A stretch of DNA of 60,221 bases from Bdellovibrionales bacterium. Its GTDB lineage: Bacteria > Bdellovibrionota > Bdellovibrionia > Bdellovibrionales > JAMPXM01. The stretch is taken from positions 1 to 60,221 of the forward strand of contig JAYTQQ010000160.1 in the NCBI GenBank assembly GCA_043746635.1, given 5' to 3'. A program made the position numbers and the translations under genes. The notes beneath the pieces were generated by a model. It did no database searches. It saw nothing but the letters and a program-made list of their open reading frames with translations, and had not been told where the DNA came from. Positions 9,572 to 17,283 of this stretch are shown here, piece after piece (positions within the stretch are counted from its first letter, which is position 1; the number at the start of each line of letters is the position of its first letter).

Positions 9572-10471
9572 TTACTTTCCAAACATCATATTGAGTGCTA
9601 CCGGTGCAAAAACCATGATGAACACTGCCGGCATAATAAAAATAATCATAGGGATCAAAATCGCTTGCGAAGCTCTCGCTCCTGCTTTCTCTGCACGGAC
9701 GAATCTCTCCATGCGCATCTGAATCGATTGTTCTTTCAAAACCTTCACGACACTCGCTCCGGTACTTTCTGAATCTACTATGACATTCACCAGAGAATTT
9801 ACTTCGTTGAGATCAATTCGCTTAGCGAACGATTTCAATGCATCGATACGCGAACTTCCGATCGCGATATCTTCGAGAACGCGACTAAACTCCATTGCGA
9901 GAACGCTATCGTCGGAAGACTTCTCGACGATTTTTTTCATTGCGCCTTGAAGATCGAGTCCTGCTTCTGCGGCGAGTGACATGAGATCGACAAAGAAGGG
10001 AAGATCCATCAAGATCGAGCGTTGGCGCACGGTACGTTGCGCGTTCGCATGCATTCTCGGAACATAAAATCCAAAAGGAATAATCGCGAAAATAATAAAA
10101 TACGAATATCCAAGTTGGAGCGAGAAATTAAGTAGCGCACACAGCACCGGAAACATAATTCCCCAAAGAATTTGGAGAGCGATAAATTCATCAACGTTTA
10201 ATTCTGCCGCTAGACCCGAAGTTGAAATCAACTGTTCAATTTTTTTACGATAGTTTACGTTTTTGTATCGCATAGCGTGCGACAAAGTAAATTGGTGAGC
10301 TAGCTGTCTCGAGAATTCGATGATTTGTGATTTTGATTTTACCGGTGCGCTTGCGGATGCCCATTGCAACGATTTCTGTTCTTCGTTTTTTGCGAAGAGC
10401 GCAGATAGGATTCGGTAGACTGCAAAGCCGAATACCAAAATTCCGACGTAGAGTTTGATATTGCTTCCCAT
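9572..10471 (-). CDS. type II secretion system F-family protein (TadB/TadC-like pilus platform protein), orphan
   Basis: T2SSF-type block LPFFVDLMSLAAEAGLDLQGAMKKIV...STGASVVKVLKEQS plus N- and C-terminal TM helices. The ATG at 10471 is preferred. The track start at 10507 is a GTG that would overlap the divergent maf start. Confidence 0.7.
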   Translation of the reverse strand: MGSNIKLYVGILVFGFAVYRILSALFAKNEEQKSLQWASASAPVKSKSQIIEFSRQLAHQFTLSHAMRYKNVNYRKKIEQLISTSGLAAELNVDEFIALQILWGIMFPVLCALLNFSLQLGYSYFIIFAIIPFGFYVPRMHANAQRTVRQRSILMDLPFFVDLMSLAAEAGLDLQGAMKKIVEKSSDDSVLAMEFSRVLEDIAIGSSRIDALKSFAKRIDLNEVNSLVNVIVDSESTGASVVKVLKEQSIQMRMERFVRAEKAGARASQAILIPMIIFIMPAVFIMVFAPVALNMMFGK

Positions 10472-10501
10472 GAATGGCCTTTCTGTGGTGTAACTAAATC
10501 T

Positions 10502-11104
10502 ATGCACACGCTGATTTTAGCTTCCGGGTCTCCACGCAGAAGAGAGCTCCTCGAAAGAGCGGGCTTTTTATTTTCAGTACACTCTATTCAAATATCGGAA
10601 ATTCCGAACAAAAACCTAAGCTTGCCGAAGCAAATTGAGGATCTCGCGAAGCAAAAAGCCTATGCTTTAGTCGAGTCGGATATGTATCCGAAGTTGCACA
10701 CTAATTTGGTGCTATCCGGAGACACGCTCGTGGTCTTGGATGGCGAAGTTCTAGGCAAGCCGCTAGACCTTGATCAGTCGAGAGAGTTTTTGGAGAAACT
10801 TTCAGGACGAAAGCATAGCGTGATCACGGCGATTTGTTTTTTAGAGCCATCACAAAAACGTGAAGTTGTGGCTCATGAAGAATCGTTTGTTCATTTTCGG
10901 AAGCTCACTGAACAACAAATTTCTAGTTATGTTGCGAGTGGTGATGGTCTTGATAAAGCAGGCGCTTATGGGATCCAAACTCTCGCCGAGGGATTCATCG
11001 AAAAAATCGAAGGCAACATTGACAACGTCATGGGACTTTCAGTTTCACTGGTTGAAAAAATTCTAAAAGAAAATAACTGGCATGTCGATCGCCGAAAATC
11101 TTAA
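10502..11104 (+). CDS. maf: Maf-family nucleoside triphosphate pyrophosphatase
   Basis: LILASGSPRRRELLERAGF...DKAGAYGIQ, the canonical Maf signatures; 200 aa. Confidence 0.9.
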   Translation: MHTLILASGSPRRRELLERAGFLFSVHSIQISEIPNKNLSLPKQIEDLAKQKAYALVESDMYPKLHTNLVLSGDTLVVLDGEVLGKPLDLDQSREFLEKLSGRKHSVITAICFLEPSQKREVVAHEESFVHFRKLTEQQISSYVASGDGLDKAGAYGIQTLAEGFIEKIEGNIDNVMGLSVSLVEKILKENNWHVDRRKS

Positions 11105-11789
11105 TAAACTGAAACGCCAGATCTCTGAAGCTTGCGTGAAGGCGGGTCGCTCTGCGCAGTCGTGTTCACTCATCGCGGTTTCAAAAACAAAACCTGTTGC
11201 GCAAATTTTAGAAGCGGTGAACGCGGGTCAAAATGAATTTGGTGAAAATTACGCTCAAGAGGCCTTGGTGAAAATTTCAGATGCTTTTTTAATCGCAAAA
11301 CCTTTGCTGTGGCATTTTATCGGGAATCTGCAAAGCAATAAGGCCCATCAAGTTGTTGCTCATTTTTCTCTTATTCATTCGGTCGATCGACTATCAATTG
11401 CTCAAGCTATTTCTAAAGAAGCTCAGAAAAAAAATCTCGTACAAAATATTTTAATGCAAATAAATGTTGGCGATGAAGAATCGAAATCTGGAATCAGTAT
11501 CGTCGACGCGCCGAAACTTTTAGAACAAATTCTTGAGCTCAAAAATATACGCCTTTGTGGTTTGATGGGTTTACCTCCGCTGGTCGAGGATATTTTTGAG
11601 CAGCGTTCTTACTTTCGAATTTTGCGAGAATTCATGAAGAATCACTCTGAAAAATTATCTGATAGCCAAAAATCAGATTTTAAGATCTTATCTATGGGGA
11701 CGACTCATGATTTTGAGTCAGCCATTTTTGAAGGAGCAACTCACGTTCGAATCGGCACAGCCATATTTGGAGCAAGGGAAGTTCAGTGA
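11082..11789 (+). CDS. yggS: YggS-family pyridoxal-phosphate homeostasis protein
   Basis: LIAVSKTKP...FGENYAQE...WHFIGNLQSNK...SMGTTHDFESAI...VRIGTAIFG. Typical YggS/YlmE length (235 aa). Confidence 0.9.
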   Translation: MSIAENLNKLKRQISEACVKAGRSAQSCSLIAVSKTKPVAQILEAVNAGQNEFGENYAQEALVKISDAFLIAKPLLWHFIGNLQSNKAHQVVAHFSLIHSVDRLSIAQAISKEAQKKNLVQNILMQINVGDEESKSGISIVDAPKLLEQILELKNIRLCGLMGLPPLVEDIFEQRSYFRILREFMKNHSEKLSDSQKSDFKILSMGTTHDFESAIFEGATHVRIGTAIFGAREVQ

Positions 11790-12616
11790 CCAAAAATAGA
11801 AAAATCGGATTTATCGGCCTCGGCAACCTCGGCCAGGCCATCGTCAAAGCATTGATTGAAAGTAAAACCTACGAAGCTTCGCAAATTTTCGCGACTAACC
11901 GCTCTGCCGGAAAATTAGCAAAAATGAAAGAGCAGTTCGGTATCAACGGATGCAACACGAACGAAGAGCTCGTTGAAAAATGCGATACGATTGTTTTAGC
12001 AGTGAAGCCTCAAGACCTCGTGCAGGTGCTTGAGCCAATTGCTTCCTTTTTTTCTCGCGAACATCTCGTTGTCTCTCTTGCGGCAGGGTTTTCGATCAAA
12101 ACTTTGCAAAAACTTTTACCTGAAGTTGCCGGAATCGTCAGGGTAATGCCTAACACTCCTGCAACGATTCGCAAAGCAGTCGTCGGTTACTGTTTGGGAC
12201 CAAAGGCTTCAGCATACGAAGCGCAGGTCACCGAAATTTTTCAACCACTTGGGCTTCTCGTTCCAGTTCCTGAGGGAGAATCTTTTGAAGCCCTAACGGT
12301 TTCATGCGGAAGCGGTACCGGCTTCGTTCTCGAGTTCATGGAGTACTGGCAAGAATGGCTTGAAGAACATAATTTTGAACCGAAGCTCGCACGCGAAATG
12401 GTCGTGCAAACTTTTTTAGGAGCCGAGATGCTTGCCGAAAAAACTCCTGAAACTTCTCTCGTCGATCTTCAAGACAAGGTGGTTTCAAAAAAAGGTGTCA
12501 CCTTTGCGGGCCTTCAATCCATGCGTGAACTCGAAATCGAACGGGCTTTAAGATACAGCTTTGAGAAGGCAGTTCTAAAAGATCAAGAAATTGCACGGAC
12601 AACGGAACAGCAATAA
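11786..12616 (+). CDS. proC: pyrroline-5-carboxylate reductase
   Basis: KIGFIGLGNLGQAI Rossmann motif...VRVMPNTPA...SGSGPAF-like GSGTGFV. GTGA start/stop overlap with yggS. Confidence 0.9.
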   Translation: MTKNRKIGFIGLGNLGQAIVKALIESKTYEASQIFATNRSAGKLAKMKEQFGINGCNTNEELVEKCDTIVLAVKPQDLVQVLEPIASFFSREHLVVSLAAGFSIKTLQKLLPEVAGIVRVMPNTPATIRKAVVGYCLGPKASAYEAQVTEIFQPLGLLVPVPEGESFEALTVSCGSGTGFVLEFMEYWQEWLEEHNFEPKLAREMVVQTFLGAEMLAEKTPETSLVDLQDKVVSKKGVTFAGLQSMRELEIERALRYSFEKAVLKDQEIARTTEQQ

Positions 12617-12814
12617 AGCAGTCAGGCTCGCGATCCAGTGTTAGCGGTCGTGCTCTCATTTCTCTACACAGAAATCATTGGGAAAATCTATTTTCGTCGC
12701 AAATTTTAGTTCCTAGCCCTTGGTCTAGAAAATGAATCCATTCTTCTAAGCCAGTAAAAAGTCGGTTAGCCTAAAGACTGAGGTACCTCGTACCTTCAAA
12801 ATTCAGGAGGAATA

Positions 12815-13615
12815 ATGAGAATCGCGCCAATCGATATTGCCCACAAAAACTTTTCTAAGAAATTCATGGGCTTTGACTCAGAAGAAGTGATCGAATTTTT
12901 GCGAGAGATGGCCGACCAAATGGAAGAACTCATCCGCGACCGTAACTCGCTCAAAGAAACACTCAGAGAAAAAGAACTTAATATTTTAGAGTACCGTGAG
13001 CGCGATGAAACTCTCAAAACAACGATCACAACCGCAACTCGCATGGCAGAGCAAATTCGCGTCGATGCTGAACGTGAAGCAAAACTCATCATGCATGATG
13101 CAAATCAAAAAGCCGAAATGATCGTGAAAGACGCTCGCGATTCACTCAAGCGGATCTATCAAGAAGTGGGCGAAATGAAACGCGCACGCATTCAGTTTGA
13201 AGCTAATTTGCGTTCAATCGCTCAAGCTCATTTGGCGATGCTCGATCAGAGTCACCAGATTATGCCAGACTATCAAAATCAAAATATGAATTGGGGCATG
13301 GGCCAACAGCCACAACAACCTATGCAGCAGCCTATGCAACAACCCATGCAGCAGCAGGCTCAATCCGTTCAGCAAATGCCGCTTCAAAATAACCAAAGCG
13401 TCGCGGCTCAACACGCTCAACAGATGGCTCAGCAAAAAGCGAATCAGCAACAACAACAGCAGGGCACTTATAATTTTGGAGCGCAGACCACAGGTCAGAC
13501 CATCAGCACGGGCTATCCTGTGAACGGCATGCCTCAGAAACCTCAAGGTAATTTGGCAGCAGCGACAAATCCTGCGGGAAAAGTGAATCCGAATCGCCCG
13601 ACAACGGGTCTTTAA
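12815..13615 (+). CDS. divIVA: DivIVA-domain protein with a Gln/Pro/Met-rich low-complexity C-terminus
   Basis: N-terminus MRIAPIDIAHKNFSKKFMGFDSEEVIEFL is the DivIVA lipid-binding motif, followed by a coiled coil. The tail contains QQPQQPMQQPMQQPMQQQ. Strong SD (caggagga) 4 nt upstream. Confidence 0.85.
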   Translation: MRIAPIDIAHKNFSKKFMGFDSEEVIEFLREMADQMEELIRDRNSLKETLREKELNILEYRERDETLKTTITTATRMAEQIRVDAEREAKLIMHDANQKAEMIVKDARDSLKRIYQEVGEMKRARIQFEANLRSIAQAHLAMLDQSHQIMPDYQNQNMNWGMGQQPQQPMQQPMQQPMQQQAQSVQQMPLQNNQSVAAQHAQQMAQQKANQQQQQQGTYNFGAQTTGQTISTGYPVNGMPQKPQGNLAAATNPAGKVNPNRPTTGL

Positions 13616-13616
13616 T

Positions 13617-13656
13617 CTCTTTTTTAAAAAAACTTTCGGCCGTTAAAAGCCGAGAG
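13617..13656 (-). terminator. rho-independent terminator of the dienelactone hydrolase gene
   Basis: On the minus strand: CTCTCGGC-ttttaacg-GCCGAAAG (8-bp stem with one G:U pair) followed by TTTTTTT. Confidence 0.7.
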
Positions 13657-13664
13657 CACCCGAA

Positions 13665-14447
13665 TTAAAAAGTTTCAGCGAACATATTTTTCATAGCATT
13701 GACGGCTCTGCGATCTGCTTTCTCGTTGTAAGCAGCACCTTTTGAATTATCGTTGCCGGCTGCTTTTTCGGTGAAGCTATGAACGGCTCCGCCAAATTTA
13801 ACCAGCTGCCAATCGACTTTTGAATCTCGCATTTCTTTTTCGAACGCCATCAAATCTTTTGGTTTCTCGAACGGATCATCACCGCCGTGAAGAGCTAATA
13901 TTTTTGCTTTGATGTTTTTGCCGTCAGCAGGAGTTGGGCTATCAAGCCCTCCGTGAAAGCTCACCACGGCCAAAAGCGGAGCCCCACTTCGAGCAAGTTC
14001 AATCACCGAAGTGCCGCCGAAGCAGTAACCAATGGCTGCTAACTTCGAAGTGTTGACCATTTTATTTTCTTGCAACATTTTGAGACCCGCGTTCATACGT
14101 GCACGCAAAGTCTTGCGATCCGTTTTCATCGCGGTTGCGAGTTTGCCAGCTTCAGCTTGATCTTTTGGGTGAACATCTTTGCCGTAAGGATCAGCTTCGA
14201 AAGCAACGTAACCCATTTCGGCAATCATGTCGGCTTTACGATCGGTTTCGTCTGTGAGGCCCATCCAGTTAGGAGCAATTAAAACTCCAGGGCGCTTTTC
14301 TGTTTGAGAGTCGTCGTAAACCAAGACTCCTTCGAGTTTCGTTGAGCCTTCTTTGTATTCGATTTTCTTGTGAACGATTTTCGCTTGGGCCGCCGAAGCC
14401 ACGACGACGGTGACGACCGCAGCGCTAAGACCTTTGACTAAAGACAT
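13665..14447 (-). CDS. secreted dienelactone hydrolase-family protein
   Basis: Signal peptide (VVVASAAQA), then a DLH-like core with nucleophile motif IGYCFGG and C-terminal HGGDDP...GAVHSF. Confidence 0.8.
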   Translation of the reverse strand: MSLVKGLSAAVVTVVVASAAQAKIVHKKIEYKEGSTKLEGVLVYDDSQTEKRPGVLIAPNWMGLTDETDRKADMIAEMGYVAFEADPYGKDVHPKDQAEAGKLATAMKTDRKTLRARMNAGLKMLQENKMVNTSKLAAIGYCFGGTSVIELARSGAPLLAVVSFHGGLDSPTPADGKNIKAKILALHGGDDPFEKPKDLMAFEKEMRDSKVDWQLVKFGGAVHSFTEKAAGNDNSKGAAYNEKADRRAVNAMKNMFAETF

Positions 14448-14509
14448 ATGGCATCTCCTTGGTGTTTTGTTTTCTTAATTAAATCAGAATCAAACCACAG
14501 ACCAATCGT

Positions 14510-15772
14510 TCAAGCGTGAATTTCTGTACCAATTCTTTTGGCGAGAAGAAAAAGCATAAATGCCGCAACGAACGCGAGTCCCGATGCAAAAAGAAAAGGC
14601 GAATTTTTTGCGAATTGTTCATAAAAAATTCCACCGATGATGGGGCCAAGAATACGTCCGAGTGAGGCGAGTGAATTCGTTACACCCATAACGAGACCTT
14701 GTTCATCAGAAGAGGTCAGTTGACTGATCAAGCCTAAATTGGGGGGACGCATGAGTCCGTTACCAACAGCTAAGATTGTCATCACGATTCCCATGAAGAA
14801 TATGGTTTGGCTGAAAGCAATTCCTGCGAGTGATATGGCGAAGAGAACGAGTCCGATCATGAGAGTTCTGGTTTCGCCTAGGCGTGGCATCCATTTGCGA
14901 ACAAAATATCCTTGAGTCAAAACCATCAAAACACCGACGTACGCGAACCCGTAGCTGGCTTTTTCCATGCCCCAGCCAAAATGATCGTACATATATGGAA
15001 ATAGCATCGACTCCATTTGGGCCATCGCGAGTCCGCTTAAGAAAAATATAATCATGAGTTGGCCAGAGAGTGGTCTCAATAACTCCTGAAATATTCTGCG
15101 AAACCGATTCGTACGGAGTGTGGGTTCATTTTCTGAAGCGGCGTGGAGAGTGTTTCGACTCTCTGGAAGTTTGAAGTAAGCAAAAATAAAATTTCCGAGG
15201 CAAAGTGCCGCAGCTCCTAGAGAAGAAAAACTTTTGCCGAAGGGAGGCGCTTGGCCAATATGTTCGCCGACGATTGAAAGAAGGCCTCCCATCAACGGAC
15301 CAAAAATAAAACCGAGGCCGAACGCCGCTCCTAGGAGTCCCATTCCTTTTGAGCGATTTTCCTTTGTCGTTACGTCGGCGATGTAAGCGTGAGTTGTCGA
15401 GATGTTGCCACCAAAAATACCTGCGAGCGCGCGAGCAACAAAAAGAAAACTCAGCGTCGTCGCAAAGGCGAACATCAAATAAGACAGTAATCCGCCGAGG
15501 AGACAAATCAAAATCACTGGACGCCGGCCTATTCGGTCACTCATCGAACCCCAAAAAGGAGAAAACAAAAATTGCGTGAGCGAATAGATGGCCATCAGCC
15601 AGCCAATTTCGACGGCAGACGCGTGAAACTGACGAGCCAAATACGGACTCAAAGGAATAATGATCCCGAAGCCAATGAGATCAATAAAAACCGTAATGAA
15701 GATAATTACGAGAGGAGACTTTTTCTGTTTCACTGTTTTGCACCACAGCTTTCGATGAAGAATTAATGACAA
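14510..15772 (-). CDS. MFS transporter (TetA/TCR-like drug:H+ antiporter family)
   Basis: 12 predicted TM segments. MFS motif A GSMSDRIGRRPVIL. DHA1-like motif GGLLSIVG. The start is uncertain (possible GTG at about 15733). Confidence 0.85.
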   Translation of the reverse strand: MSLILHRKLWCKTVKQKKSPLVIIFITVFIDLIGFGIIIPLSPYLARQFHASAVEIGWLMAIYSLTQFLFSPFWGSMSDRIGRRPVILICLLGGLLSYLMFAFATTLSFLFVARALAGIFGGNISTTHAYIADVTTKENRSKGMGLLGAAFGLGFIFGPLMGGLLSIVGEHIGQAPPFGKSFSSLGAAALCLGNFIFAYFKLPESRNTLHAASENEPTLRTNRFRRIFQELLRPLSGQLMIIFFLSGLAMAQMESMLFPYMYDHFGWGMEKASYGFAYVGVLMVLTQGYFVRKWMPRLGETRTLMIGLVLFAISLAGIAFSQTIFFMGIVMTILAVGNGLMRPPNLGLISQLTSSDEQGLVMGVTNSLASLGRILGPIIGGIFYEQFAKNSPFLFASGLAFVAAFMLFLLAKRIGTEIHA

Positions 15773-15800
15773 CAGATCATAGGACCTTTAAATTGTAAAG

Positions 15801-16826
15801 ATGATCAAAAAGATTCTCATTTGCGCTGTGTTCATATTCGTTAAGCAAGCTTCTGCAGCTCCCATTAACGAAGTGCCTCCTGGGCAATGGCGCGCTGATT
15901 TCTGGCGTTTTAGTTTTTTGACTGATTACTTTACGACCAACGCAAACTTATCTTCGAGTGGAATTAAAACATTCAATTCACTTCCGGCGGGGAACAAACT
16001 TCAAGTATACGAACTTCGCCCGAAACTGCGATACAACTTAACGAATCGCGCATCTTTCTACGTCGGAGGCGGAGTTGTCGACGTCAGCGCCACAACGGCA
16101 AGTATTGGCAGAACCAACTCAAACGTCACCGAAACTTTTGCAGGCATGGATTATATTTTGGCGGGACAATATTCAAGACTCGTCGGAGAAATTGAAGGAT
16201 CTTATTCGACCTCTCGCTACAGCATTACCGATACCAATGCGCTTCTCAGCGATGGCGCTGATTTCGTTCGTGCTCAACTTTATTTTTTTCGTCCTACATC
16301 ATTCGGAAATCCATTTTTTCATTTCGGCGTTCAGTATCGAGATCAAGGTTATTCTCAGCTCGGCCTTTATGGGGTAGGTTACGAAAAGCCAATCGGACAA
16401 AGTTTTTTAATTGGTCTAGGCGCCGAGGGCGAATTTAGTTTTATTTCAGATCAAAACACACAACTTTACCGAACGAACTTAACCGACGCAACCATGGGCG
16501 GAAGTCATTATTTCGGTGCTTATAATCCTTCTTTTACTGAGGGACGACTCTGGGCCGGCTACAAACCTGAACCAGGCTGGCAGATGAAATTGGGATATGC
16601 TCAAACTTTTCTCGGAACGAATGCAGCTTACGGTCAGAGCGTTTTTTTAACCTTCTCGATTAATTTTGATCCTCGTGCAGATGCTGAAGGCTTTGCAAGA
16701 TTTCGTCAGAGCAAATCGTCGGCGCGTAAAAAAGGTCAAAAAGATATCAACGATTTCGAGCCTGAACCGCAAAATATCAATCCCGATCTTTTCAAAGATG
16801 AACAGCGTTTCGAGCCACTCGAATAG
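15801..16826 (+). CDS. putative outer-membrane beta-barrel protein
   Basis: Signal peptide (FIFVKQASA), alternating-hydrophobicity strands, barrel-like end SVFLTFSINF, then a charged C-terminal tail. Confidence 0.5.
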   Translation: MIKKILICAVFIFVKQASAAPINEVPPGQWRADFWRFSFLTDYFTTNANLSSSGIKTFNSLPAGNKLQVYELRPKLRYNLTNRASFYVGGGVVDVSATTASIGRTNSNVTETFAGMDYILAGQYSRLVGEIEGSYSTSRYSITDTNALLSDGADFVRAQLYFFRPTSFGNPFFHFGVQYRDQGYSQLGLYGVGYEKPIGQSFLIGLGAEGEFSFISDQNTQLYRTNLTDATMGGSHYFGAYNPSFTEGRLWAGYKPEPGWQMKLGYAQTFLGTNAAYGQSVFLTFSINFDPRADAEGFARFRQSKSSARKKGQKDINDFEPEPQNINPDLFKDEQRFEPLE

Positions 16827-16936
16827 AATCCTCTGAAAAAATCCTTTGAAAAATCCTTGAATAGGCCGAAAATTGCAAGTTTGTCTCGCTCGCAGTCACC
16901 CATGTGCCGCGTACTCCATTTTAAGACCGGATGAAC

Positions 16937-16952
16937 TGGCATTCCTTTCGCT
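16937..16952 (+). promoter_or_regulatory. weak sigma-54-like -24/-12 element
   Basis: TGGCAT-tcctt-TCGC with correct GG-N10-GC spacing, about 45 nt upstream of the ATG at 16995. The -12 region departs from TTGC. Confidence 0.25.
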
Positions 16953-16994
16953 ATGACCTAACGAACGACCACTCAGCTAAAAAACGGACTATAT

Positions 16995-17213
16995 ATGAAA
17001 TATAAAATCAGCTCAGCCGCATTTCTCTTTTTGGGAACCCTCGTGGTCACTTTGTTTCTTCAAGTTTCTCCTTCGCGATCGAGCGCCAATTTAAACGGTG
17101 CCGATCAAGCTCTTCCTAACGCAGAGCTCGAGATAGAAGCGGTCGACCAAGTTCAGGAAATTAACGAACACAACTTCAAAAACTTCGATATCCCGACGAG
17201 CACTGAAGAATAA
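16995..17213 (+). CDS. small secreted hypothetical protein
   Basis: 72 aa with an N-terminal signal-like segment (AAFLFLGTLVVTLFLQV) and an acidic C-terminal half. Confidence 0.4.
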   Translation: MKYKISSAAFLFLGTLVVTLFLQVSPSRSSANLNGADQALPNAELEIEAVDQVQEINEHNFKNFDIPTSTEE

Positions 17214-17283
17214 CCTTACGAAACACTAGTTGTTTCTGATCCTCCAGAAGTGATAGTCTATCACCGACCACGGGAGATCTATC

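Noticed and set aside
13300-13450. Short tandem DNA repeats that might be a CRISPR array or VNTR: the QQPM-coding 12-mers, and likewise the Tyr/Asn codon repeats at 23594-23830.
   Set aside because: They are in-frame coding low-complexity sequence with imperfect units and no spacer/repeat architecture. No CRISPR-like array exists anywhere in the window.
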